DNA of 64,000 bases, taken from NCBI GenBank assembly GCA_963668625.2, contig CAXXKA010000008.1, positions 544,001 through 608,000 of the forward strand, given 5' to 3'. Below are positions 47,592 to 57,297 of this stretch, piece by piece. Numbering within the stretch: position 1 is the stretch's first letter; each line of letters begins with the position of its first letter. The position numbers were made by a program, and so were the translations under genes. Source of the DNA: an uncultured candidate division Zixibacteria bacterium. GTDB taxonomy: Bacteria > Zixibacteria > MSB-5A5 > UBA10806 > 4484-95. The notes under the pieces are model-generated. The model was not told the DNA's origin and ran no database searches. It saw only the letters and a list, made by a program, of their open reading frames with translations.

Positions 47592-49014
47592 CGTAGTAAA
47601 GCCTGAACTCCCATGGATGAGGGCGCACTTTAATTTGATGCACCTCATTCAGTTTAATTTTAACCCACATATCGATTAGTTCAGGTGTAAATACATCATC
47701 AGCGCGTAAGAAATCAAGGTCATTCTGCATGGCGTCCAAAGCGCGCTCCAACGAGCTGGGCAGAAGCGGGTATTTCTGGATTTCCTTTTCAGACAGCTCG
47801 GAGAAATCGACATTGAGCGCCGAACCGGGATCGATCTTGTTCTTGATACCATCCAGGCCAGCCATCAACATAGCCGCGAACATCAGGTAAATATTGGCAG
47901 TGCCATCCGGGGGACGGAACTCCATGCGCATGACATCAGGATCCTTGATATAGCCGGGAATTCTCACCGCGGCCGTACGATTGCCTACCGAATAGCTGGC
48001 GCGAATCGGCGCCTCGAAACCGGGCACGAGACGTTTGAACGAGTTGGTGGAGGGATTGGAGAACGCCAGAATAGCCGGGGCGTGTTTGAGTATACCGCCG
48101 AGATAGTATCGGCCGGTTTCGGAGAGATTCAACTCCTGCGATTTATCGAAAAATATCGATTTGCCGTCTTTAGCTAAAAACTGATGTACATGCAGGCCCG
48201 AGCCGGGTTCCATGAACAGCGGTTTGGGCATGAAACTGGCCGATTTTCCGCATACAACCGCGCCGTTTTTAATCAGGTACCTGGCCAGCATCGATTTATC
48301 AGCCATTTCGAGCATCGGCGCGAACCCGACCTCGATCTCCTGCTGGGCGGCCCCGCCTACCTCGTGATGGTGATATTTTACCGAGATACCCGCCTGCTTG
48401 AACAACTGGCAGATATACGAGCGCACCTCGTGGCTTTTATCGCGCGGGGGAGCGGCATGGTAGCCCTCCTTGTAGCGTATCTGATGGCCTCGGTTGACAC
48501 CGGCGCCCTCGCCAAACGGTGAGGCATCCCGGGATTTCCACTCGGCCTCCTCGGCATCGAGGAAATAGAACGCCTTGTTGGGGTCCTGGTTGTAACGTAC
48601 CTCATCGAACAGGTAGAACTCGAACTCCGGCCCCATCAGGGCCTCCACACCCGGCAGCATTTTCTCGAGCACCTTGACCGCTTTCTGGGCGGTGAAACGG
48701 GGATCGCGGGGATGCGGCTCAGTCGGGTTGACCTCGCAGATTTTTGCCAGCACCGACATGGTTTTGGCTTTATAGAACGGGTCATCGAAGTAAAATGACG
48801 GCTCGGGCAGAAGTATCATATCGCCGGCCTTGACCGACAGGAAACCGATCGAGGAGCCATCCACGCCTATACCATCGACGAACGTTTTCTCGGAGAATTG
48901 ATCGGCGGGTATTGTAATGTGACGCCAGGAGCCGAGGATATCGGAGAATTTAAAGTCTACGAACTCATATTGTTCGTTTTTGACTTTTTTGAGTAATTTT
49001 TCAATCAAATCCAT
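47584..49014 (-). CDS. glnA: Glutamine synthetase type I
   Basis: DGSS, GPEFEFYLF, HHEVG, FMPKP..GSGLHVH, NSFKRLVPGFEAP, NRTAAVRIP. Confidence 0.95.
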   Translation of the reverse strand: MDLIEKLLKKVKNEQYEFVDFKFSDILGSWRHITIPADQFSEKTFVDGIGVDGSSIGFLSVKAGDMILLPEPSFYFDDPFYKAKTMSVLAKICEVNPTEPHPRDPRFTAQKAVKVLEKMLPGVEALMGPEFEFYLFDEVRYNQDPNKAFYFLDAEEAEWKSRDASPFGEGAGVNRGHQIRYKEGYHAAPPRDKSHEVRSYICQLFKQAGISVKYHHHEVGGAAQQEIEVGFAPMLEMADKSMLARYLIKNGAVVCGKSASFMPKPLFMEPGSGLHVHQFLAKDGKSIFFDKSQELNLSETGRYYLGGILKHAPAILAFSNPSTNSFKRLVPGFEAPIRASYSVGNRTAAVRIPGYIKDPDVMRMEFRPPDGTANIYLMFAAMLMAGLDGIKNKIDPGSALNVDFSELSEKEIQKYPLLPSSLERALDAMQNDLDFLRADDVFTPELIDMWVKIKLNEVHQIKVRPHPWEFRLYYDV

Positions 49015-49069
49015 ATTTCTACACCATCCTTCAAGAGGCAGTTATCGCTATTTAGTTATACCGGTTGTG

Positions 49070-49098
49070 AAGATACGGATTTGGGGGGGGGGGGTCAA
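49070..49098 (-). promoter_or_regulatory. Putative glnA promoter with C12 homopolymer
   Basis: Minus strand TTGACC-17 nt-TATCTT; G12 at 49083-49094 spans the -35 edge and the spacer. Confidence 0.6.
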
Positions 49099-49165
49099 GG
49101 GGTTTTGGGGGGGATAAAGATTGGGGGCATAATGTAAGGATTGGTCTCATCTGCTTGGGGGCGAA

Positions 49166-49387
49166 CGTCAGGATGTCGCGTCGCTATCCTTCCTGACGCA
49201 TGTGGTTCATTCTATACAGATTACCGTTGTAGTTTACTTACTGCTAATCTGCCTCACATACCTCAGGATGGAAGGAACGACATCCTGAGGTTGGCGTTAG
49301 TAGTAAGTTGCCCCCTGTTGCGTTTGCAGCTCTGGCGGGGGCAGCGTCAGGATGTCGCTTCGCTACCCTCCTGACGCATGTGGTTCT
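49166..49387. repeat. REP triplet block A
   Basis: Three palindromes: CGTCAGGA..TCCTGACG (49166), CCTCAGGATG..CATCCTGAGG (49261), GCGTCAGGA..TCCTGACGC (49344). Confidence 0.85.
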
Positions 49388-49397
49388 TTCAGGCAGA

Positions 49398-49964
49398 CTA
49401 AATCTGCAATTTGCTTATAGGTAATCCCGTTAGGCTTTGATCATAGTAGCATTTATAGCTTGAGTGTTCCCAATTTTCCGGGGATGAACATAAACCTTTT
49501 CGGACAGGGTTATTATGTATATATTCAGCTTTTTGCTTTATATGATTGGGTTTAGTCAGGGGGATTACTCTGGGTTTTTCTTTCCAGAATCTGAATTCCG
49601 ATTTTCCTGCTGTTTTCAAATAGAACGACTCGGGATTGACTTCATGCTTCACATAGTAGTCATGAAGCCGTTTATCGTTTTTTTCAATTAAACTTCGTGC
49701 TTTCCCCGATACTGCTCGTCTAGCGCCCATAAGGAATTTTAAAACATTATCACCTGTACTATTTTGGGCTAATAAGTGAAAATGCTCTGGCATGATAATA
49801 AAAGCATACAGTTTGATATCCCATCTTATGATCAGACGGTTGAATTCCAGATAGAAAATATCTAAAATTGGTTGATATAGTAAAATTGGCTGCCAGTTAT
49901 GGACAGTCCCAGTGATATGATGAATAGCATAATCAACATAGATATTTGTCCAATTCTTTGCCAT
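49398..49964 (-). CDS. REP-associated tyrosine transposase (RAYT)
   Basis: HHIT, AFIIMPEHFHLL (HUH), FW, YIHNNPVRKGL...WEHSSY; start MAKNW at 49964. Confidence 0.88.
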   Translation of the reverse strand: MAKNWTNIYVDYAIHHITGTVHNWQPILLYQPILDIFYLEFNRLIIRWDIKLYAFIIMPEHFHLLAQNSTGDNVLKFLMGARRAVSGKARSLIEKNDKRLHDYYVKHEVNPESFYLKTAGKSEFRFWKEKPRVIPLTKPNHIKQKAEYIHNNPVRKGLCSSPENWEHSSYKCYYDQSLTGLPISKLQI

Positions 49965-49987
49965 AATTGCCTTCTGGTGTGTGGTGA

Positions 49988-50205
49988 GCGTCAGGATGTC
50001 GCTTTGCTTTCCTCCTGACGCAGGTGGTTCAATATACACCGATTACTGTTGTAATTTGCTTACTGGTAATCTACCACACATACCTCAGGATGGAAGGAAC
50101 GACATCCTGAGGTTGGCATTAGCAGTCAGCCGCCCTCTGTTACGTTTGCCTGGCTGGCGGGGTTAGCGTCAGGATGTCGCTTCGCTATCCCTCCTGACGC
50201 AGGTG
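49988..50205. repeat. REP triplet block B (direct copy of block A)
   Basis: Same three palindromes at 49988, 50083, 50166 with conserved linkers. Confidence 0.85.
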
Positions 50206-50273
50206 AACGATACCAATATCAATTTATTATCACCTGATTATATTCCACCCCTTTCTCGTTTGACCAATACCAT

Positions 50274-50362
50274 AAAGATAACCCACCTTTACAAAAGAGT
50301 CAACCCCAAATAACTCCACAATGCTATATGACGATCTTGATGTTTGGTAATGCCGGGTGGTG
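50274..50362 (-). repeat. 89-bp promoter-containing direct repeat, copy 1
   Basis: Two mismatches to 50926-51014; minus strand TTGACT-17-TATCTT. Confidence 0.85.
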
Positions 50363-50495
50363 AATTGCCCCCTTGCGCTGGACAGGAATGTCCAGCCTCT
50401 TAAGTTTTTTTTTATTCATTTTTACTGACCTTGCGCTGGAAGGTACGACATTCTGATGTTCTATTTTTACGTATTCTGTTTGCTATTCCTGGTTT

Positions 50496-50876
50496 TCAAC
50501 TCGGGAATATAATTTCTGGATCACCCGAGCTAACATCAAAAAAGCCAACGGAGTATTTTGTTGCCAACTCCCGAACCTTAGAATATGCCTCTTCGACCAT
50601 GCCCCATGAAAATCCAGAATAAATAACATACCTTCCGATGCTATAGCTAGTGAGCCCTGGATGGTCATCATTATCACGAGAAGCAAGCGGTCCATTCATT
50701 GGTGGGAACTCCTTGATCATTTCCATATACCAGTTTTGTAATGCTTTTGATGCAACAGTATGGTCCTGATAATTGTGATCTTCAGACCACTCTGTTTGCT
50801 CATCATACCATTCCATAAACTCATCCTCTGATTTTGGAGCTGCTGACGGCTCAAAAACCATTAAGTCATAACTCAT
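50496..50876 (-). CDS. Hypothetical acidic protein
   Basis: 126 aa, GGAG RBS, MSYDLMVF...VGFFDVS. Confidence 0.7.
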   Translation of the reverse strand: MSYDLMVFEPSAAPKSEDEFMEWYDEQTEWSEDHNYQDHTVASKALQNWYMEMIKEFPPMNGPLASRDNDDHPGLTSYSIGRYVIYSGFSWGMVEEAYSKVRELATKYSVGFFDVSSGDPEIIFPS

Positions 50877-50925
50877 AATTCACTCCATATTTATTTTAAT
50901 GCTAGTGTCACCTCCAACCAATTAG

Positions 50926-51014
50926 AAAGATAACCCACCTTTACAAAATAGTCAACCCCAAATAACTCCACAATGCTATATGATGATCTTGATGTTTGGT
51001 AATGCCGGGTGGTG
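50926..51014 (-). repeat. 89-bp promoter-containing direct repeat, copy 2
   Basis: Near-identical to 50274-50362; lies upstream of 50496..50876. Confidence 0.85.
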
Positions 51015-51135
51015 GCTAGCTCCCCCGCGTCCCCTCCCCGGGCGTATGTCGATACGCCCCTACGGCTGGTGACCAACCTAATGCAATTTTGGATTTGGGC
51101 TTGATACATTTTCTTTCATGTGATATAAATTGTAC

Positions 51136-51408
51136 ATGGGGAAGATTATTGATAAGCTCAAATCCGCTAACTTTCAGGTTGAGATTGCGGCTGGTGTCAG
51201 CATTATCATGCTGGCGGTTGCCAATAAATACTGGCTGGGCAGGTCCCTTAGCTACCTCGAGTTGAGCATCGATGCCATACTGATCGTGTTCTACGAGGCG
51301 CTGGCTCGAAATAGGAGGACCGCCCACCACTGGTTCGCAAAGCCGATACTCTGGACTATCGCTATAATCGTAGCAACGGCGGTTATAATAGTTGTTCATC
51401 TGATTTAA
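51136..51408 (+). CDS. Small three-TM membrane protein
   Basis: Hydrophobic 90-aa ORF from ATG 51136. Confidence 0.55.
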   Translation: MGKIIDKLKSANFQVEIAAGVSIIMLAVANKYWLGRSLSYLELSIDAILIVFYEALARNRRTAHHWFAKPILWTIAIIVATAVIIVVHLI

Positions 51409-51465
51409 AGATACCTCGCCCACTCCCGGGCTTATTCGCTTACCCGGTCGTGGAAGGATACGTAC

Positions 51466-51963
51466 CTACTCCAGCGTGAATTTATCCAGCAGGTCGGCCT
51501 CATCAATGAGGAATTGCATCGAAGATTTGTTATCGGTATTATCACTGATCGTTATAATTAGCTCACGATGTAATATCATCTGTCTCAGCTTATCGTAGTT
51601 TTTGATATGTTTTCGGGGATGAGAGGCGTTAAATCGCAAAACAGCGGTATCGTGTGATGACTGAAAGCCCTCGTAACTGTAATCGCTTTTATTGATACTG
51701 ATATCGTTCTCGGTGATTGTGATATCCTTACCATCGACACGCTGAATCATGACAAGCAAACCATCACCATAGTTGCCGACCTTAAATTGGCCGGTGATCT
51801 TATGGTCGGTATCATACAGCAATATTGTCTGAGTTGTATCTATAATATCATCAGTCGTTATTTTTACCTTGGAATACCATGATTGGTACCCCGGATTACC
51901 ACAGTTGAATAGAAGCACCGCGAATAAAAATAATTGAAGAAAAAAAACTGCTTTCCTTGGCAT
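51466..51963 (-). CDS. Hypothetical lipoprotein
   Basis: Signal peptide ending LLFNC. Confidence 0.6.
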   Translation of the reverse strand: MPRKAVFFLQLFLFAVLLFNCGNPGYQSWYSKVKITTDDIIDTTQTILLYDTDHKITGQFKVGNYGDGLLVMIQRVDGKDITITENDISINKSDYSYEGFQSSHDTAVLRFNASHPRKHIKNYDKLRQMILHRELIITISDNTDNKSSMQFLIDEADLLDKFTLE

Positions 51964-52109
51964 ACTATAAGTATAAGTAAAATTATGTTAGAATCAATGA
52001 TCAAAAATATTAATCTTGATAATAATGACCTAAACTGTTAATTTTCAGCTATATTATTGAGCTCGTTACAAGTAAGGGTTTTCTTTTAATTTAAGGCTCA
52101 TAAAACAAG

Positions 52110-54080
52110 GTGAGAGATATGATTAGAATTACATTTTTCATTATATTACTGACACAATTACTATATGCCGGTGATAACTTCGATTGGTATATACCAACAT
52201 ATGATCTTCTACATCAGGAAGTATGCCCGATTGATTCCTCGGCGGATGCCATGGTGGTACTGAAAGAGGTGGAATACTACATAATCAGCGAACGAGGCTT
52301 TCGACCCTACCTGAAAACCATCCTGAAAAAGCGGATAAAGATATACACCGAGAGCGGATTGGATCATGCGGAGCATAAGGTGTTTTTCAGCAAGCAGACT
52401 GATATCAAAGAAATAAAAGCGACCTGTTTCCGTCCGAATGGACCGACAAGGGAGCTTTCGAAATCTGATATCAACGAGGAATATGTAGTTAAGGATAAAA
52501 AGCGTGATATCAAGGTGAAATCCAAATCGTTTGCGGTTCCGGGGGCGGTTCCTGGATGCGTTATTGACATCACTATAGAGATAGATCATAAAAATTTGTT
52601 ATTTTTACCCGTATTTCGTTTTCAGGAGGATATGCCTGTGCTTCACGCTTCGTTCAAGCTCAACCTTCCACCCTATTTCACATACTCGTATGTAATAAAC
52701 AACGAAGGTTTGATATCAGTAAGAAGGGAGAGGAAGGAGCTGGTCAATGTCGGCAGTATCAGGGGCAATCTTCTATTTACCTGCGAAGCCGATAGTATAA
52801 GGGCGTTGGAGGACGAGCAATACCGGCCGCCGGATAGGAATTTATCAACGGATATATTCTTGACACTCGAGGGCTATAATAATGGCAACAACAATTTCGA
52901 TTTCGCCAGCAGTTGGTCAAAATTAACAAGTCATTATACCGAATATTTCGAGAAATCGATCAAAAGTTCAAAAAGGGCACGACATTTCGCGGACAGTTTG
53001 AAAAGCTTGTATTCGGACGCCGATGATTTAATCGAGCATTCTTTTAAATATGTCAGGGACAACTGGCAGAACAGCGGTACCTGGGGAATTTCAGCGCCAT
53101 CGGATAATGTTGATAAAATGATGGAGTGGAAAGCTCTCGACGCGGTGGATAAATCAACAATACTTTGCGCGATATTTAAACATCTGGATATTGAAAGTGA
53201 GGTAGTGTGGATTTGCACCGAAAACTCCGATTATTCGCCGGTGAGTTTGCCGATGCTGACCATGTTCGATCACGCTATGGTGATACTACCGGCACATGGT
53301 ATATATTTAGATCCCTCGGATTTCGGGTCGGAAGTTAATTCATTGGACTACTCGCTTTCGAAGAGATTCATGTGCCGTCCAATGTATGATGACGCCAGCC
53401 CTATTGGTCATACCCGGGAATTCGAAAAATTGTTTGGTACCATGGTGGATTTGCATCTGGCAATAGGTGATAATAACAGCCTGTCAGGCACGGGTACTAT
53501 TTCGTTTTATAACCAGGCGGCGATTGATATAAAGCGAGATTTCAGGACTAATAGCCAGGCTGAATTAAAAGAGATAATAAGCGGCTACATATTCAGCGAG
53601 AGAGATTGTATGGTAGACTCAGTGGAGGCTGTTGATGATTCACTGGCGCCGCCCGATCAATATACCGTTAAATTCAGTGTGAATTCGGAAAAATATTTCG
53701 ATGATGATTTTTCAATGATAGAGCTGCAGATTTACCCCGGTCCGAGTTTTTCTACGACTATAACCGATTCGAATCCACCCCGGCTGTACCCGTTGTATTT
53801 CGACACTAATATTATTGATGTCTATACGGTAGAATGGGATATAGGCGATAATTTCGAGCCGGTAGAATCGAATACGATTAACGCCCGGGAAAGTATCGGT
53901 TCTATTACGTATACTATCATGTCTAATTACGATCAGGAAACAAACAAGTTCTTGATGAGAAGGCAGTACACCAGGGGGGATGATTTTTACAGAAAAACTA
54001 TGGCGAATGAAATTGAGAATATCTGGCAAAAGGGCTCGAAACACGATTTATTCACCGTGTTATTGGAGACGAAAGAATGA
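52110..54080 (+). CDS. DUF3857 domain protein with degenerate transglutaminase-like domain
   Basis: KRIKIYT..G, FAVPG..PGCVID, FQED.PV, FDH....YLDP; no GDC catalytic motif. Confidence 0.75.
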   Translation: MRDMIRITFFIILLTQLLYAGDNFDWYIPTYDLLHQEVCPIDSSADAMVVLKEVEYYIISERGFRPYLKTILKKRIKIYTESGLDHAEHKVFFSKQTDIKEIKATCFRPNGPTRELSKSDINEEYVVKDKKRDIKVKSKSFAVPGAVPGCVIDITIEIDHKNLLFLPVFRFQEDMPVLHASFKLNLPPYFTYSYVINNEGLISVRRERKELVNVGSIRGNLLFTCEADSIRALEDEQYRPPDRNLSTDIFLTLEGYNNGNNNFDFASSWSKLTSHYTEYFEKSIKSSKRARHFADSLKSLYSDADDLIEHSFKYVRDNWQNSGTWGISAPSDNVDKMMEWKALDAVDKSTILCAIFKHLDIESEVVWICTENSDYSPVSLPMLTMFDHAMVILPAHGIYLDPSDFGSEVNSLDYSLSKRFMCRPMYDDASPIGHTREFEKLFGTMVDLHLAIGDNNSLSGTGTISFYNQAAIDIKRDFRTNSQAELKEIISGYIFSERDCMVDSVEAVDDSLAPPDQYTVKFSVNSEKYFDDDFSMIELQIYPGPSFSTTITDSNPPRLYPLYFDTNIIDVYTVEWDIGDNFEPVESNTINARESIGSITYTIMSNYDQETNKFLMRRQYTRGDDFYRKTMANEIENIWQKGSKHDLFTVLLETKE

Positions 54081-55879
54081 TTGATAAATTGCTTTGTCTT
54101 TTCATTGTTTTATCGGTTATCGGTATCTCTCATGCTGATGAGAACCGTATAATCAGTAGAAAGGTAACAATCAAATTCTCCAATGGGGAAAAAACTATCA
54201 AGGTGAAAAATATAGTACAGATAAATGAGGCGAACGCTGTTGAGGATTACGGTGAATTTAACCTGGATTTTCCGTATAATGGCAAAATCAAGGATGTGGA
54301 AATCGAGATCATAAGCCCCAATTCTAAACATAAAAAATTCCATCATAAAGATGCTACCGTATATACCAACCAGACAACCAGTACTTTGGCCTCGGATGCT
54401 AAGTACTATCACTGGGATATCGGTAAAGTGCCGGCTAACAGCCGAATCGAGTACTATTATGAGATAGAGTTAAAGGATGCCTCTTACGGTTCTTTTGTCA
54501 ACGCTATGTCCTCACTGGCCGTGGATACCACGAGCATAATTGTTTATTACGATTCTGATAAATGGCGATTAAAGTACAGCAAAGACAATGATGAGGTTCG
54601 ATGCATTGCTCAAAATGAGCCTATGGTTTTCCGATGGTATTATTTACCACGATTGAAGGATTCGGATTACAAAGACGCTCCCAGAGATATGTGTCCTGGA
54701 TTATGGTATGCTTTCGAATCGTTGGATGGCAAAGATGACTTCTCGGAGTGGAGCGACATCTACGAGTGGTCAAAGGACTACTACGAAAATAACTCGAAAT
54801 TCGGAACCCCTGATATACTATTGGGGATGGCCGATACCGCTGAGGATATATTCTACGAAATCATGAAAAAGTGCCGTTATATAGCAGTCGAAATCGACGA
54901 GGGCAGGTTTTGCCCGCCATCGCCGGAGGATATATGGCGAAACGGTTATGGCGATTGTAAAGGTTTATCACACATTTTTGTAAGCTGGTTGAAACTGGCA
55001 GGCTATGAGGCCTGGCCGGTACTGGTTTATACGAAATCCGATAAGATCGGGAATCCTGATTTTCCATCGCCATATGTTTTCAATCATGTAATCGCGGCTT
55101 TCGTTGATGAGAGTGGTGATACTGTCTATCAGGATATGACCACGAAGAGATTGCCATACGGATATTTTCCTATTACGCAGTACGGAGCATTCGCGCTGCC
55201 CCTGGTACCCGGATGCCAATCTATCAGGCTTAGTTATTCCCCGAAATGGCCCGATACCGTAACCTGTACACTGGAGGGTGTTGTTGATGTTGGGGGGAAT
55301 CTATCGGGTAAGCTAAATACTGTTCTTACTGGAAGACAAGCTTTCACGCTGGAATGGCTGGATAATTACTCCTCCGAACATGATATCGAGGTGACTGCTT
55401 ACAAATATATCGAGCAGTCGATACCCAGAGCGCATATAGAAAATGTCAGCTACAATAATCAGGAAAGCAGTAAAATCAAGCTTTCCGCGGATGTTACGGT
55501 ATCAAAATTCGCCTACTGCAAAGACTCTTTAGTAATGTTCAGGCCCAATGTTTTCGAGCTAAGTCATTTGGATGTCAGCCCTGACTCTTCATGTTCGTGG
55601 CCGGTGACTCTTCGTAGAAACATTATCGAGAATATCGAATTCCGAGTGCTGGCCGATTCATGTAAATTCAATAATTCCGTTGATAGCGTAAGTTACGAGG
55701 GCAACGGTTATTCTTATAATTACATAAATAGATCCCATTCGGATTCACTGATTTTAGATTACTCATACTATTGTTACCCTGATATTTTGCAGCCGGAGGA
55801 ATTCATCGAATATTGCTTTAAGATTAATACCGTGAAGAAGTCATTTTTCAGGAATGTTAAAGGTCATAAGTCCAGGTAA
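54077..55879 (+). CDS. DUF3857 and transglutaminase-like domain protein
   Basis: RYIAVE, GYGDCKGLS, FPSPYVFNHVI, YQDMT (Cys-His-Asp triad); ATGA overlap with upstream gene. Confidence 0.82.
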   Translation: MIDKLLCLFIVLSVIGISHADENRIISRKVTIKFSNGEKTIKVKNIVQINEANAVEDYGEFNLDFPYNGKIKDVEIEIISPNSKHKKFHHKDATVYTNQTTSTLASDAKYYHWDIGKVPANSRIEYYYEIELKDASYGSFVNAMSSLAVDTTSIIVYYDSDKWRLKYSKDNDEVRCIAQNEPMVFRWYYLPRLKDSDYKDAPRDMCPGLWYAFESLDGKDDFSEWSDIYEWSKDYYENNSKFGTPDILLGMADTAEDIFYEIMKKCRYIAVEIDEGRFCPPSPEDIWRNGYGDCKGLSHIFVSWLKLAGYEAWPVLVYTKSDKIGNPDFPSPYVFNHVIAAFVDESGDTVYQDMTTKRLPYGYFPITQYGAFALPLVPGCQSIRLSYSPKWPDTVTCTLEGVVDVGGNLSGKLNTVLTGRQAFTLEWLDNYSSEHDIEVTAYKYIEQSIPRAHIENVSYNNQESSKIKLSADVTVSKFAYCKDSLVMFRPNVFELSHLDVSPDSSCSWPVTLRRNIIENIEFRVLADSCKFNNSVDSVSYEGNGYSYNYINRSHSDSLILDYSYYCYPDILQPEEFIEYCFKINTVKKSFFRNVKGHKSR

Positions 55880-56104
55880 TTTCCTGATATGCGAGAACTC
55901 GAAAATTCATGTTATCAGATGAACGATTTTTGATTTGATAAGTTACTCATTCATAACCTGATACACAGGTTAACACTATTACCATATTTAGATAAAATAA
56001 ATGTTTTAATACGATTTTAGAAACTTTTATGGTGTGGTTACACTTCTATTAAATCGATAGGTTTATTTAATGATCGGATATTAAACGCGAAAAGGGGATC
56101 GAAA

Positions 56105-57292
56105 TTGAAGAAAGTAATTCTATTCTCGGCACTCTTAGTACTCGGGCTTTTCATATCACAATTTCTGGATGATATTACGGGTAATTCCTATAAGGTCGGT
56201 GAAATTGTCCGCATACTCACAATGGTAATGCTCGGCTTTATTATGATACATGTCGGTTACGAATTCGAGATAGACCGATCCCGATTGAAAAGCTATGGAT
56301 TCGATTACCTTATTGCCGCCACTGCCGCGACATTCCCCTGGATATTCAGTGCGATTTATTTTGTGTTGATATTTTATGATTCATCTCAATGGGGCACATT
56401 CGATGCCTGGACAGAGGCGCTTCTTGCGGGACGGTTTGCCGCACCGACCTCAGCGGGTGTGCTGTTTTCGATGTTGGCCGCGGCAGGATTATCGGCTACG
56501 TGGTATTTTAAGAAAATAAGGATACTGGCAATATTCGATGATTTAGATACGGTACTGCTTATGATACCATTGAAAATGCTTATCGTAGGTTTTCGATGGC
56601 AACTGGGTGTTGTTATAGTGATAATGGTAGTACAGTTATGGTTCGCCTGGAGATATCTTCACAGGATTAGAATACCCGTTACCTGGCCATGGGTTATTGG
56701 TTATGCCGCGTTTATTACTCTGATTTCGGAGATTATCTACAAAGCCAGTAAAATTCTTAACGATGTCGTGCCGATTCATATCGAGGTATTACTGCCGGCT
56801 TTCGTACTGGGTGTAATTATGGCCCGGCCAGGTGGCAGCAACCCTCATGTAGATGACAGCCGTGATGGGCATCAAGAGGGGCCCGAAAACGTTAAAGAGC
56901 AGAAAGTCGCCACGATCATATCAGCGGCGTTTATGGTGCTGGTTGGGCTTTCGATGCCGCCGATCTCATTGGAGGGTGGCAACTGGCAGTGGATAGCCTT
57001 TCATGTTTTAATCATTACGGTTTTAGCCAACATCGGTAAGATGTTTCCCCTGTTTGTTTACCGGAAAAAGGCTCATTGGAGAGAGCGGCTGGCGCTATCT
57101 ATCGGCATGTGGCCGCGCGGTGAGGTTGGCGCCGGTGTGCTCATTATCTCATTGGGATATGGTATCGGCGGAGATATGGTCACGGTAGCGGCATTATCAC
57201 TGGCGTTAAACCTTCTGTTGACAGGCGTATTTATAATTATAGTGAAGCGATTATTAAACAATGAAGCGGTTAAAGCATTCAGGAATACTTAA
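56105..57292 (+). CDS. Cation:proton antiporter-like membrane protein
   Basis: Many TM segments; APTSAG, AIFDDLD, IGK, MWPRGEVG. Confidence 0.8.
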   Translation: MKKVILFSALLVLGLFISQFLDDITGNSYKVGEIVRILTMVMLGFIMIHVGYEFEIDRSRLKSYGFDYLIAATAATFPWIFSAIYFVLIFYDSSQWGTFDAWTEALLAGRFAAPTSAGVLFSMLAAAGLSATWYFKKIRILAIFDDLDTVLLMIPLKMLIVGFRWQLGVVIVIMVVQLWFAWRYLHRIRIPVTWPWVIGYAAFITLISEIIYKASKILNDVVPIHIEVLLPAFVLGVIMARPGGSNPHVDDSRDGHQEGPENVKEQKVATIISAAFMVLVGLSMPPISLEGGNWQWIAFHVLIITVLANIGKMFPLFVYRKKAHWRERLALSIGMWPRGEVGAGVLIISLGYGIGGDMVTVAALSLALNLLLTGVFIIIVKRLLNNEAVKAFRNT

Positions 57293-57297
57293 TATAA

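Noticed and set aside
49166-50205. Spaced palindromic repeats resembling a CRISPR array
   Set aside because: Repeats alternate orientation, linkers are duplicated rather than unique, no cas genes, and a RAYT lies in the middle
50200-51963. Integron cassette array
   Set aside because: No integron integrase or convincing attC sites; genes are in mixed orientation with their own promoters
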